Part shown: positions 36,475 to 46,155 of the stretch, piece after piece | How positions within the stretch are numbered: position 1 is the stretch's first letter | How the letters are laid out: every line of letters begins with the position of its first letter | From: an uncultured Chloroflexia bacterium | GTDB taxonomy: Bacteria; Chloroflexota; Limnocylindria; Limnocylindrales; CSP1-4 | DNA length: 64,000 nt | Assembly (NCBI GenBank): GCA_963754485.1 | Contig: CAVWFY010000018.1 | Coordinates: 77,469 to 141,468, forward strand | Direction of reading: 5' to 3' | Notes under the pieces: model-generated | Told to the model about the DNA's origin: nothing | Database searches by the model: none | Seen by the model: only the letters and a program-made list of their open reading frames with translations | Program-made: the position numbers and the translations under genes

Positions 36475-36723
36475 TCAGGTCCGCGGGGCGGTGATGATCG
36501 CCCCGATGAAGCCGAGGACGAAGCCCATCAGCACGATGATCACGACCATCGCGATGAGGATCTGCACGTAGGGCCGCTCGCGGCGGAGGGTCTCCTCGAG
36601 CTCCGGGTCCTCGCCGCCTGCGATGTAGGGCTGGTCGAGGCCGCGCTTGCGGGCCGCGACGTTGCGGGCCTCGTCGTACTTCTCCGGGTCGGGTGGCAAG
36701 GGCGTGGGGTTCATGTTGGTCAC
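36475..36723 (-). CDS. 82-aa tail-anchored small membrane protein
   Basis: It has a charged N-terminal part and one C-terminal TM helix (VQILIAMVVIIVLMGFVLGFIGAII). It lies immediately upstream of the M20 gene. ATG 36714 is an alternative start. Confidence 0.45.
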   Translation of the reverse strand: MTNMNPTPLPPDPEKYDEARNVAARKRGLDQPYIAGGEDPELEETLRRERPYVQILIAMVVIIVLMGFVLGFIGAIITAPRT

Positions 36724-36829
36724 AGGGACATGATGCCCCAGCCGCCGTCTGCGGGCGTCGAGGTCGAGCGCTTAGAATGGCCCGAGCGCACCCGACAGCG
36801 ACTGTCCACCGGACGAGAAGGAGGGCCTC

Positions 36830-38336
36830 GTGCCCAACGGCAAGCCCAACATCGTGGTGTTCTGGGGCGATGACATCGGCATCACGAACCTGTCGTGCTA
36901 CAGCGACGGGCTCATGGGCTACCGGACCCCGAACATCGACCGCGTCGCCAACGAGGGGATGCGCTTCACGGACTCCTACGGCGAGCAGAGCTGCACCGCC
37001 GGCCGGTCCGCGTTCATCACCGGGCAGAGCGTGTACCGGACCGGCCTGTCCAAGGTTGGCATGCCCGGCTCGGACATCGGCATGCCGGACGAGGACCCGA
37101 CGATCGCGGAGCTGCTCAAGCCGCTCGGGTACGCCACCGGGCAGTTCGGGAAGAACCACCTGGGCGACCAGGACCGGCATCTGCCGACCGCGCACGGGTT
37201 CGACGAGTTCTTCGGCAACCTGTACCACCTCAACGCCGAGGAGGATCCCGAGCACCCGGACTACCCGAAGCCCGAGGAGTTCCCGGACTTCAAGCAGAAC
37301 TACGGGCCGCGAGGCGTGCTCCGCTGCCGGGCGAACCCGGACGGGACGCAGACGATCGAGGACACGGGGCCGCTCACGAAGAAGCGGATGGAGACCATCG
37401 ACGACGAGATCGTCAGCGGCGCCATCGACTTCATCGAGCGCAAGCATGCCGAGGACGTGCCGTTCTTCCTGTGGGTCAACACCACCCACATGCACTTCCG
37501 GACCCACACCAAGCCGGAATCCGTGGGCCAGTCCGGGCGCTGGCAGTCCGAGTACCACGACACGATGATCGACCACGATCGGCACGTCGGGCAGGTGCTG
37601 GACACGCTCGACGAGCTGGGCATCGCGGACGACACGATCTTCATCTACTCGACCGACAACGGCCCCCACATGAACAGTTGGCCGGACGGCGCGATGACCC
37701 CGTTCCGGAGCGAGAAGAACACCAACTGGGAGGGCGCCTTCCGAGTCCCGGAGATGATCCGGTGGCCGGGGAGGATCCCCGCGGGCGTCGTCTCCAACGA
37801 GATCATCAGCCACATGGACTGGATGCCCACGCTCGTCGCCGCCGCGGGCGACCCGGACGTCAAGGAGAAGCTCCTCTCGGGCCATGAGGCCGCCGGCAAG
37901 ACGTTCAGGGTCCATCTCGACGGCTACAACTTCCTGCCGCACCTCACCGGCGAGAACCGACAAGGGCCCGCGGGTCGAGTTCTTCTACTTCAGCGACGAC
38001 GGCGACCTGGTCGCCACCCGCTACGACAACTGGAAGCTCGTGTTCGCGGAGCAGCGGGTCCCGGGAACGCTCCAGGTCTGGGCGGAGCCGTTCGTCATGC
38101 TCAGGGCTCCGCTGATGTTCAACCTGCGGACCGACCCATACGAGCGTGCGCAGATCACGTCCAACACCTACTACGACTGGATGCTGGACCGCGCATACCT
38201 GATGGTCCCGTCGCAGCGGATCGTCGGCCAGTTCCTGCAGACGTTCATGGCGTATCCGCCGCGCATGAAGGCGGCGAGCTTCACGGTCGACCAGGTGATG
38301 GCCAAGATGGAAGCCGCCATGCAGGGCGGCCGCTGA
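36830..38336 (+). pseudogene. cytoplasmic arylsulfatase with a Cys-x-Ala-x-Arg maturation motif, frameshifted near 37950-37962
   Basis: GTG 36830 follows GAAGGAGGG. The protein reads IVVFWGDDIG...SCTAGRSAFITG...GKNHLGD. After HLTGE the conserved C-terminus (DKGPRVEFFYFSDDGDLVATRYDNWKLVF...) continues in another frame to TGA 38334-38336. There is no signal peptide. Confidence 0.8.
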
Positions 38337-38341
38337 TCCTC

Positions 38342-39265
38342 GTGGTGGATCCGCTCCAGTCGTGGCGCGAGGGTGACGCGAAGGGTGCCATCCTCGCCTT
38401 CGTGGAGCGCGTGACCTCGGACGGTTCGGCGGGGTTCGTCCCGCCGGCCGCCCGGATCGCTGTCTTCGACAACGACGGCACCCTGTGGTGCGAGCGGCCG
38501 ACCTACCCCCAGGCGTTCTTCCTCCTGGAGCGTCTCCACGCCCAGGCGGCGGAGGACCCGGAGCTGGCCGCGCGCCCCGTCGTCCGGGCGCTGCTCGAGG
38601 GCAACCTGCGCGCGGCGATGGCAGACGGCCTGGAGCCGCTGGCGGACGTCCTGCTCAGGACCCACGCCGGGTTGACGGCCGAGGAGTTCGCGGCCGCGGC
38701 CTCGGCTTGGTTCGGGCTTGCCGTCCATCCCCGGTTCGGCGTCCCGTTCACGCACCTCGCCTACCAGCCCATGATCGAGCTCCTTGACCTCCTGCGGGCG
38801 GCCGGGTTCCGTGTCTTCGTCGTCACCGGCGGGGGCGTGGAGTTCGTGCGGGCCGTCAGCGAGGAGCTGTACGGGATCCCGCCCGACGACGTCGTGGGGA
38901 CCTCCGTGGAGCTCGCCGTGGAGCGGCGCGACGGGCACATGGTCCTCGTCCGCCGGGCCGCGCTGCGCGGACGTCCCAACGAGGGCGAACCCAAGCCCGC
39001 CAACATCCAGGCGCACATCGGCGTGCGGCCCATCTTTGCAGCCGGCAACTCGGCCGGCGACCGCGAGATGCTCGAGTACGCGACGACCGGCAGCCACCCC
39101 GGCCTCGGGCTCGTCATCGACCACGACGACGACGAGCGCGAGTACGCGTACCGTGGTGCGTCGTTCACCGATCCGGATGCGGAGCCCATCGGTGAGACGG
39201 CTCACCGCGTCGGCTGGACGGTGGTGAGCATGCGCCGCGACTGGTCCGAGGTCTTCGACGGCTAG
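38342..39265 (+). CDS. HAD-superfamily hydrolase
   Basis: It has motif I (IAVFDNDGTLW) and a later GNSAGDREML. It is the in-frame tail of the 811-aa track ORF, but the true sulfatase stop separates it from the sulfatase. Confidence 0.7.
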   Translation: MVDPLQSWREGDAKGAILAFVERVTSDGSAGFVPPAARIAVFDNDGTLWCERPTYPQAFFLLERLHAQAAEDPELAARPVVRALLEGNLRAAMADGLEPLADVLLRTHAGLTAEEFAAAASAWFGLAVHPRFGVPFTHLAYQPMIELLDLLRAAGFRVFVVTGGGVEFVRAVSEELYGIPPDDVVGTSVELAVERRDGHMVLVRRAALRGRPNEGEPKPANIQAHIGVRPIFAAGNSAGDREMLEYATTGSHPGLGLVIDHDDDEREYAYRGASFTDPDAEPIGETAHRVGWTVVSMRRDWSEVFDG

Positions 39266-39274
39266 ACTCCGGGG

Positions 39275-40707
39275 GTGAGCGACCCCCTCCCGCCCCCTTC
39301 CACGTCCCCGTCCCGGTCAGTTCTCGGCGCCCCGGCGCGCTTCCACGTTATGGCCAAGCCCACCGGGGCGATCTGCAACCTCGCCTGCTCGTACTGCTTC
39401 TTCCTGGACAAGGAGGCGATGCACCCGGGTTCGTCGTTCCGCATGGACGACGCGACGCTCGAGGCGTACGTGCGCGGGCTGATCGAGGCGCACCGTAGCT
39501 CGCAGGTGACCTTCGCCTGGCAGGGCGGCGAGCCCACGCTGATGGGCCTGGACTTCTTCCGGCGCGTGGCAGAGCTCCAGGACCGGTACCGGCGGCCGGG
39601 GATGACCTTCGAGAACACGATCCAGACGAACGGGACGCGCATCGACGACGAGTGGGCGGCGTTCCTGGCCGAGCACGGGTACCTCATCGGGATCTCCATC
39701 GACGGACCGCGCGCGCTCCACGACGGCAACCGTGTCGACAAGGGCGGCAAGGCCACCTTCGACGACGTCATGCGCGGCCTGCGGCTGCTCCAGGAGCACA
39801 AGGTCGAGTACAACGTGCTCACGACCGTCAACCGGCTCAACGGCGACTACCCGCTGGAGGTCTACCGGTTCCTGCGCGACGAGGTGGGCACGGACTGGAT
39901 GCAGTTCATCCCGGTCGTGGAACGCGTGGACGAGCACGGGCACCCGGACCCGATGCGGGGGATGTCGGCATCCGTGCGCTCCGTGCGGCCCGAGCAGTTC
40001 GGGCGCTTCCTGACGGCGATCTGGGACGAGTGGGTCCACAACGACGTCGGGCGCGTGTACGTGCAGACGTTCGAGGCGGCGATCCGGAACCACTTCGGGG
40101 CGGCGGGGTCCGGGCTGTGCGTGTTCAACGAGACGTGCGGCGCGGGTCTCGCGCTGGAGCACAACGGCGACCTCTACTCGTGCGACCACTTCGTGGAGCC
40201 CGAGCACCGCCTGGGCAACATCCGGCAGCTGCCGATGGTGGACCTCGTCGGTTCGCCGCAGCAGCAGGGGTTCGGAGCGGCCAAGCGCGACACGCTGCCC
40301 CGGATGTGCCGGGAGTGCGACGTTCGGTTCGCGTGCCACGGTGAGTGCCCCAAGAACCGGTTCCTGACCACGCCGGACGGGGAGCCCGGGCTCAACTACC
40401 TGTGCACCGGGTACATGTCCTTCTTCCGGCACATCGACAAGCCGGCCAAGGTGATCGTGCGGCTGCTCAAGACCGGGCGCGAGGCGCGCGAGGTGATGCC
40501 GCTGATGGCCGGGTACGACGAGCAGCTGCTGGCGGCGGTCGCAGCGGCGGGGCGCAACGACCCGTGTCCGTGTGGCTCGGGCAGAAGGTGAAGCGCTGCC
40601 ACGGCGAGGCGCCTGTGGTTGCCCGGGCTGAGCTGCCGGTGATCCCGCTGGGGGTGCCGAGGCCGCCTGTGGTGCGGCGGTCCTCAGCGGCGACCGACCT
40701 ACCCTGA
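39275..40707 (+). pseudogene. radical-SAM/SPASM anaerobic sulfatase-maturating enzyme with a SEC-C-type tail, frameshifted near 40580-40586
   Basis: It has the CNLACSYC radical-SAM cluster and C-terminal Cys clusters (CVFNETCG, CDHF, CRECDVRFACHGECPKNR). The tail reads CPCGSGRR-stop, but a single missing base restores CPCGSG(K)KVKRCHG. Confidence 0.75.
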
Positions 40708-40712
40708 CTTGC

Positions 40713-41720
40713 TCAGCCCTCGTCGAAGATCGCCTGGAGGTCCTCGCGGTCGGTGATCCCGGCCGCCAGCGCGAGGCGCAGCAGGATCCTCGCCTTCCAG
40801 GGCCGGAGGTCGTCGGCGGCGACCCATCCCCGGGCGATGAGCGAGCCCACCGCCGGCACGCGGCCCGCGTCGACGCGGGTGGCCTGGACCACGGTCACAC
40901 CGGCGGCCGTCGCGCGCTCGAGCGCCTCGACCTCGGCGGGTGTCGGGTAGCCGGCGCCCGTGCCGGCACTCACGATCCCGCGGGCGCCGGCCGCGGCGGC
41001 GGCATCGACCAGCACCCCGTCCGCACCCTGGTAGCTGATCACCACGTCAACACGGTGAAGCGCCCTGAGGTCAACGCCCGCGAACCGGCCGCGGAGCGAG
41101 GCGCCCCGGCGTGGAACATGGTTGATGGTCACGCTGCCGTCCCCATCGACCCAGCCCAGCGGTCCCGACGCGCCGTCCCGGAACGCCGAGACCCGCATCG
41201 TGTCCGACTTGGTCACGTCGCGGGCGCCGTGGATCGTGTCGTCGAGGACGACCAGCACGCCCAGGTCGCGCGCGGCCGGGGACGCAGCGACCCGCACAGC
41301 GTTCGACCAGGTTGAGCGGGCCGTCGCCGGACAGCGCGGAGGCCGGGCGCATTGCCCCGGTCAGGACGACGGGCCGGTCGCCGGGCAGGACCAGGTGCAG
41401 GAGCCAGGCGGTCTCTTCCAGCGTGTTCGTCCCGTGCGTGAGGACCACGCCGTCGGCCTCGTCGCGCTCGAACTGGTAGCGGATCGTGGCGACGAGGTCG
41501 GCGAGGTCGACGTCCGTGATGGCATGGGCACGGACGCGGCGGAATGGGACCTCGCGGACGCGAGCGATGGTCGCCAGCTCCGGAGCGATCCCCGAGAGCA
41601 GCTCGCCGGGTGCGAGACGCGTGGCGTTGTCGAGGTAGGCGGCGAGGTCCAGGCGATCCGTCCCGACCGAGTCGATGGTGCCGCCGGTCGGTGACGACGG
41701 CGATGCGGGGGAGGCTCACG
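40713..41720 (-). pseudogene. L-asparaginase (type I/II family), two frameshifts (near 41298-41306 and 41688-41693)
   Basis: Three frames together read VSLPRIAVVT / TGGTIDSVG...VVLTHGTNTLEETAWLL...LTGAMRPASALSGDGPLNLV / AVRVAAS...VLDDTIHGARDVTK.... Confidence 0.8.
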
Positions 41721-42781
41721 TCGCGGCCACCGGTGTCGCCGCGGGCTCCCAATGCGGCGCGGCCGCCGGCGGCGTGAACCGCGCCACCCGGTCGATCAGC
41801 CGACGGATCCGCAGCCCCTCGACCGGCCCCAGCGCGTACAGCGGCATCGGCCGCAGCCAGACGGCGGACCCCAGGGACACGGCGTCGGCGCCCGCCCAGA
41901 AGTACTCGCGGCAGTCGTCGAAGTCGCGGATGCCGCCGTTCGCGATGATCGGGAGGCGGAAGCCCGCGTCGCGCAGCTCCGCAACGACCCGCAGGCCGAT
42001 GGGCTTGATCGCGCGGCCGCTCGATCGCCCCGTAGCGGTTCTTGAGGTAGGGCTCGCCGGTGTCGGGACGGAGGCGCAGGCCCTTGACGGTGTTGATCGC
42101 GGTGATCGCCGCGCAGCCGTGGGTCGCGGCCAGGTTCGCCTGCCAGTGGTAGTCCTCGTCCGGGCTGACCTTGAGGATCACCGGGTGGCGGCTCCTGGGG
42201 ACAGCGCGGCGGAGCGCCTCCTCGAGGATGGTCCCGAACGGGAAGTTGACGTTGTGGCAGGAGGCGTTGAGCTCGATCGCCGCGATCTCACCCGGCTTCG
42301 CCCGCTCGTTCACGGTCTCGATCAGCTGTTCGATCTCATCGGCCGAGAAGCCGCCCACGGACACGATCCGGTTCAGGTTCGCCGTCCGGCCGAAGTACTC
42401 GTCGAAGTAGCGCTCGATGCCGATGTTCGACCAGCCGAAGGCGTTGAGCCAGCCGCCGTCGACCTTGTGCAGCGCCCGCCCGTAGAGCCGCAGCATTTCC
42501 GGGAACTCGCGCAGGCCCCAGTCCTCCTTGAGCGTGAAGTGGCCCTCGCGCGGCTGGAGCGAGACGGTGCGGGTCGTCACGGCGCCGAAGCGCTCCAGCG
42601 GCACCCACTGGGCGATGGGTGAGAGGCCGTAGAGGATCAGCCGGTTCTTGGACGCGCCGTAGCCCAGGAGGCTGGCGCTGGTGAGCAGCCGGTTCCGGAG
42701 CTTGATCCCGTTGAGGTCGATGGTGGACACGGGGCGAAGTATGCCCAAGTGCCGCTTGACAGCCGGATACGAACGCGACAT
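41717..42781 (-). pseudogene. dihydroorotate-dehydrogenase-family (class 1-like TIM-barrel flavoprotein), frameshifted near 42018-42026
   Basis: It reads IDLNGIKLRNRLLTSAS...ELNASCHN...ITAINT...YLKNRYGAI. In another frame it continues SGRAIKPIGLRVV...IANGGIRDFDD...GADAVSLGSAV. Its TGA overlaps the asparaginase GTG as GTGA. GTG 42730 is an alternative start. Confidence 0.7.
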
Positions 42782-42786
42782 ACGAT
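42756..42786 (+). promoter_or_regulatory. candidate vapB promoter giving a leaderless transcript
   Basis: TTGACA (42756-42761), a 19-nt spacer, and TACGAT (42781-42786). The ATG lies 7 nt downstream at 42794, in a lower-GC patch. Confidence 0.4.
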
Positions 42787-42793
42787 ACCTACC

Positions 42794-43081
42794 ATGACGA
42801 GTCGAGTAGGAGAACGCGGCCAGATCACGATCGAGAAGGCCATCCGCGAGCAGCTCGCGATCTACGCCGGCGACGAGGCGGTGCAGCGCGTGGAGGACGG
42901 CCGGATCGTGATCGAGATCGTGCCCGGGCGGCACGCGCGGTCGCTCGCGGGCGTGCTGCGGGAGCACGTGGGGCGGTGGCCTGCAGACGAGTCCTGGGAG
43001 GTGCTCCGGGCGGCTGCATGGGAGAGCCCGGATCCGGCCTGGGACCGCGCCGGCGAAGAGCACGGCGGTGCGGCGGAGTGA
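42794..43081 (+). CDS. vapB: AbrB/MazE/SpoVT-type antitoxin
   Basis: It has a swapped-hairpin N-terminus (MTSRVGERGQITIEKAIREQLAI). Its stop overlaps the PIN gene start as GTGA. Confidence 0.75.
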   Translation: MTSRVGERGQITIEKAIREQLAIYAGDEAVQRVEDGRIVIEIVPGRHARSLAGVLREHVGRWPADESWEVLRAAAWESPDPAWDRAGEEHGGAAE

Positions 43082-43491
43082 TCGCCATCGACACCTCGGT
43101 GCTGGTCAGGTACGTCGTCGGGTCGCCGCCGGACCAGGCGCGGGCCGCCAGTGCGCTGATCGAGGCGGGTGAGGAGATCGGGATCTCGCCGGTGGCGCTC
43201 GTCGAGTGCGCGCATGTCCTTCGGACGCAGTACGCCGTGCCCCAGTCGCACGTGATCGACGCGCTCATCGCCTTCGTCCAGAGGGAGAACGTGCGCATCC
43301 TGGGTGGGCGAACCGACGTCATCGTCGGGATGCTGGCTCGCGCCCGCACGCTGGCCGGCCGGCCGATCCCCGACGCCCTGATCGTGGCCGCCGCGATGGG
43401 CGCCGACGCGGTGGCCCTCGCCACGTTCGACCGGGGCCAGGCCCGCTACGGGTTCCCGGTGGTGATGCCGTCGGGCGCCGAGGGGCGGTAG
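43078..43491 (+). CDS. vapC: PIN-domain ribonuclease toxin
   Basis: The pattern VIAIDTSVLV...E...IPDALIVAAAMGADAVALATFD matches the PIN acidic-residue pattern. Confidence 0.8.
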   Translation: MIAIDTSVLVRYVVGSPPDQARAASALIEAGEEIGISPVALVECAHVLRTQYAVPQSHVIDALIAFVQRENVRILGGRTDVIVGMLARARTLAGRPIPDALIVAAAMGADAVALATFDRGQARYGFPVVMPSGAEGR

Positions 43492-43500
43492 GCCGCCGCC

Positions 43501-44451
43501 TCAGCGCGTCGGGGCCAGCGGACCCCGCAGGCCGATCCAGTCCGGCACGGGCGTGTAGCCCAGGGCGAGGTTCACGGCGCGCATCGGCGCGTTCTCCTCG
43601 TCGTTGCCGGTGTCAAGCGCCTCGATCCCGTGCTCGATCGCCCAGGCGATGGTGGCCCGCTTGAGCGCCATCGCGATGCCCCGGCCCCGGTACGCGCGCC
43701 GGACGGCGGTCATGTCGTGGTAGGCGACGGTGGTGCTGGCAGCGGCATAGATGAGACTGGCGTAGCCCGCCACGGTGCCCGAGGCGTCGTCCACGGCGAC
43801 GAAGAAGGCGTCTTTCGGGATCCCGGTGCGTTCGACATCACGCGCGACAAAGGCCTCGAAGTCGAGGGCCGCGATCGGTTCGTCGGTCCACGGGATGTCG
43901 GGGAAGGTCTCGACCGCGGTGGCATGGACGCCGGGCAGCAGGTCCGGCCGCTCCGCGAGGGTCACGAGGCGGATGCCCGCCGGCGGGTGCGCCCCGGGCG
44001 CCGCAAGGCGCGCGAGCTCGAGGCGGACCATCTTGAGGCGCTCGGTCTCGACGAACCCGCGATTCGCCAGGAAGCGGTGCCCATCCTCGTGCACCTCGGA
44101 GAGCTCGGTCTGGAAGCCGGTCTTGCCGGCCTCTCGTGCCACCTCGCTCGTGGCCGCGTACAGTGCCGACCCCAGGCCCAGCCCGCGCGCCTGGGGGAGC
44201 ACCCAGATCCCCAGCCAGTACCGCTCGAACTCCGGGCCGTACATCCAGATCCGGCCGGTGGTGGCGGTCCCGACGGCGTTCCCGTGCGCGTCCAGGGCGA
44301 GGAAGCGGGCGCCCTGACCCGGATATGCCCTGCCCTCCCACGCGATCTGCTCCAGCGAGTCGGTGTTCTCGGGGGCGACGGTGTTGCGGATCCGGACATA
44401 GTCGACGAGCGCGTCGTCGTCACCGGGCCCGATGCGGCGGATGATCGTCAT
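43501..44451 (-). CDS. tandem GNAT-domain N-acetyltransferase
   Basis: It has two acetyl-CoA-binding motifs (VLPQARGLGLGSALY and VRRAYRGRGIAMALK). Confidence 0.8.
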   Translation of the reverse strand: MTIIRRIGPGDDDALVDYVRIRNTVAPENTDSLEQIAWEGRAYPGQGARFLALDAHGNAVGTATTGRIWMYGPEFERYWLGIWVLPQARGLGLGSALYAATSEVAREAGKTGFQTELSEVHEDGHRFLANRGFVETERLKMVRLELARLAAPGAHPPAGIRLVTLAERPDLLPGVHATAVETFPDIPWTDEPIAALDFEAFVARDVERTGIPKDAFFVAVDDASGTVAGYASLIYAAASTTVAYHDMTAVRRAYRGRGIAMALKRATIAWAIEHGIEALDTGNDEENAPMRAVNLALGYTPVPDWIGLRGPLAPTR

Positions 44452-44461
44452 CCCGCCGGTC

Positions 44462-45348
44462 CTACCCGAACTCCGCCCGCAGCGGCCCCAGGACGTCCCG
44501 GTGCGCGTCCTCGAGGCCCCGCGGCCCCAGCGCCGCCGGGATCCCGATGACCATCTCGGTCGCCCCGGCGGCCACCATCGCGCGTGCCTGCACCAGCGCC
44601 TGTGCACGCGCCGCCGCGTCGATGCCCGTGTGCACCTGCCCGACGAGCTCGAACGTCGCCGGGTCGCGGCGCTCGACGTCGAGCGCCCGCAGGATCGCCG
44701 TCGCGGCGGTCCGCGAAGTACTCGACGTTGCCAGCCTCGGTGCCCGTCAGCAGCCAGCCGGCCGCCCGCCGCGCCGCCAGGGCGATCCCGCGCGGCTTCT
44801 GGCCGCCCAGGAAGATCGGCGGACCGCCCGGGGTGAGCGGCGGCGGGCGCGTTGACGGCGCCGGCCAGCGGGTAGAACGGGTCGGGCCGCGTGACGCCGG
44901 GGGCCGCGACGGCCTCGGGCGAGAACAGCGCCTGCAGCACCTCCACCGCGGAGATCAGCCGGTCGATGCGTTCGCCGATCGGCGGCAGCGGGATCCCGAA
45001 GGGCTCGTGCTCGCCCTCGAACCAGCCCGCGCCCAGCCCCACCACGAACCGCCCGCCCGTCGCGTGGTCCATGACGGTCGCCGCCTTGGCGAGCAGCACC
45101 GGGTGCCGGAACGTGTTCGACAGCACCGCGTGGCCGACCCGGACCCCCGGGACGTGGTGGACCAGCGTCGCGAGCAGCGTGAGCGCCTCCAGGGACGGTC
45201 CCGGCACGTCCGGGTCCATGTCCGTGAGGTGGTCGTTCATCCACGCGCCGTCCCACCCGCCGAGCTCCCCGGCGAGCCGCCACGTGGCGTCGAGCGTCGC
45301 CCAGTCGACCCGCTGCGGGGACGTCTTGAACGAGATCCGCAGCGGCAT
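44462..45348 (-). pseudogene. LLM-class (luciferase-like, probably F420-dependent) oxidoreductase, two frameshifts (near 44696-44706 and 44835-44850)
   Basis: ATG 45348 follows GGAGGA. The protein reads SPQRVDW...MNDHL...LLAKAATVMDHATGGRFVVGLGAGWFEGEHEPFGIP. It continues as LTPGGPPIFLGGQKPRGIALAARRAAGWLLTG and then AILRALDVERRDPATFELVGQVH... in two other frames, ending at TAG 44462-44464. Confidence 0.8.
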
Positions 45349-45407
45349 CGGGTCCTCCGTTGGCGATGAGGGGCGAGTGTCGCGCACGACCCGCCTGTCC
45401 GTCGAAC

Positions 45408-45758
45408 TCAGGGCCGTCTCGGTCGCCGCGGCGCTGGCGCACCGCCAGCCGATCTCGGCTTGAAGATGGAGTGATCGCCGATCCGCCGCCAACGGACGCC
45501 AGGAGCGCCGTCGAGATGGACGAACTCAAACGTGGCGCGGCCGTCGGGACCGGAGAAGCTCCAGGTCATCTCCCACACGCCGGGGGCACCCTCGACACCC
45601 TTGACTCGGAGAGCCGCGGGCCATTTGGCCGAGGGGTCGACGGCATGGCGATCGCAAGCTGGGACGAACGCCTTTAGCGCTCTGCGGAACAGTTCAGCCT
45701 CTCCGGCGCTCAGACTCCGGTAGTCCGCGTCGAAGCTCCGCGTCGTCGTGAACTTCAC
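45408..45758 (-). CDS. putative toxin partner of an AbrB-type antitoxin (RelE/ParE-superfamily-like, tentative)
   Basis: Its GTG overlaps the antitoxin stop as GTGA. LRVKGVEGAPGVWEMTWSF...GRATFEF...WRRIGDHSIF resembles mRNA-interferase toxin cores. The C-terminal 17 aa look like read-through. Confidence 0.45.
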   Translation of the reverse strand: MKFTTTRSFDADYRSLSAGEAELFRRALKAFVPACDRHAVDPSAKWPAALRVKGVEGAPGVWEMTWSFSGPDGRATFEFVHLDGAPGVRWRRIGDHSIFKPRSAGGAPAPRRPRRP

Positions 45759-46054
45759 CGCTTCCCGCGGATGGTGTCGAGGTGCCCCAGGAGCCCATCG
45801 AGCCCGTCGACGGTCGTGGTGCGACCTGCGGCGATGTCGGCGTCGGCCTCGCGCTCCATGGCCTGCCACCGCTCAGTCCAGAACCACGCCTGATCCGCGG
45901 GGATGGTCACGACGGGGACGAGCTCCAGTCGTCCGTCATCCTGCTCGATGAGCTTGAGCTGGGAGTTCGCCTGGTCGAGGTTGAGTCGACGACGGACATC
46001 GGCAGGCAGCACGAACGTGCCTCGAGACTGCATGGTCAGCAGGTACGTCTTCAT
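45755..46054 (-). CDS. AbrB/SpoVT-type antitoxin
   Basis: QSRGTFVLPADVRRRLNL...GRLELVPV is a swapped-hairpin motif. ATG 46054 or ATG 46033 is the start. A lower-GC promoter patch lies at 46055-46100. Confidence 0.65.
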   Translation of the reverse strand: MKTYLLTMQSRGTFVLPADVRRRLNLDQANSQLKLIEQDDGRLELVPVVTIPADQAWFWTERWQAMEREADADIAAGRTTTVDGLDGLLGHLDTIRGKR

Positions 46055-46155
46055 GAAAAGCAGAATGTCGGCTAATCGGCAATCCGTCAAGCACCCCAGC
46101 GCGACCTCATTCCGATCCGACCTGCCCCGTGGGCGCGCTCGCCCGGTATCGGCTC

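Noticed and set aside
36830-39265. 811-aa ORF that reads as a sulfatase-HAD fusion
   Set aside because: After 37955 the sulfatase continues in another frame to a stop at 38336. The HAD part is a separate gene that happens to share the frame of the sulfatase N-terminus.
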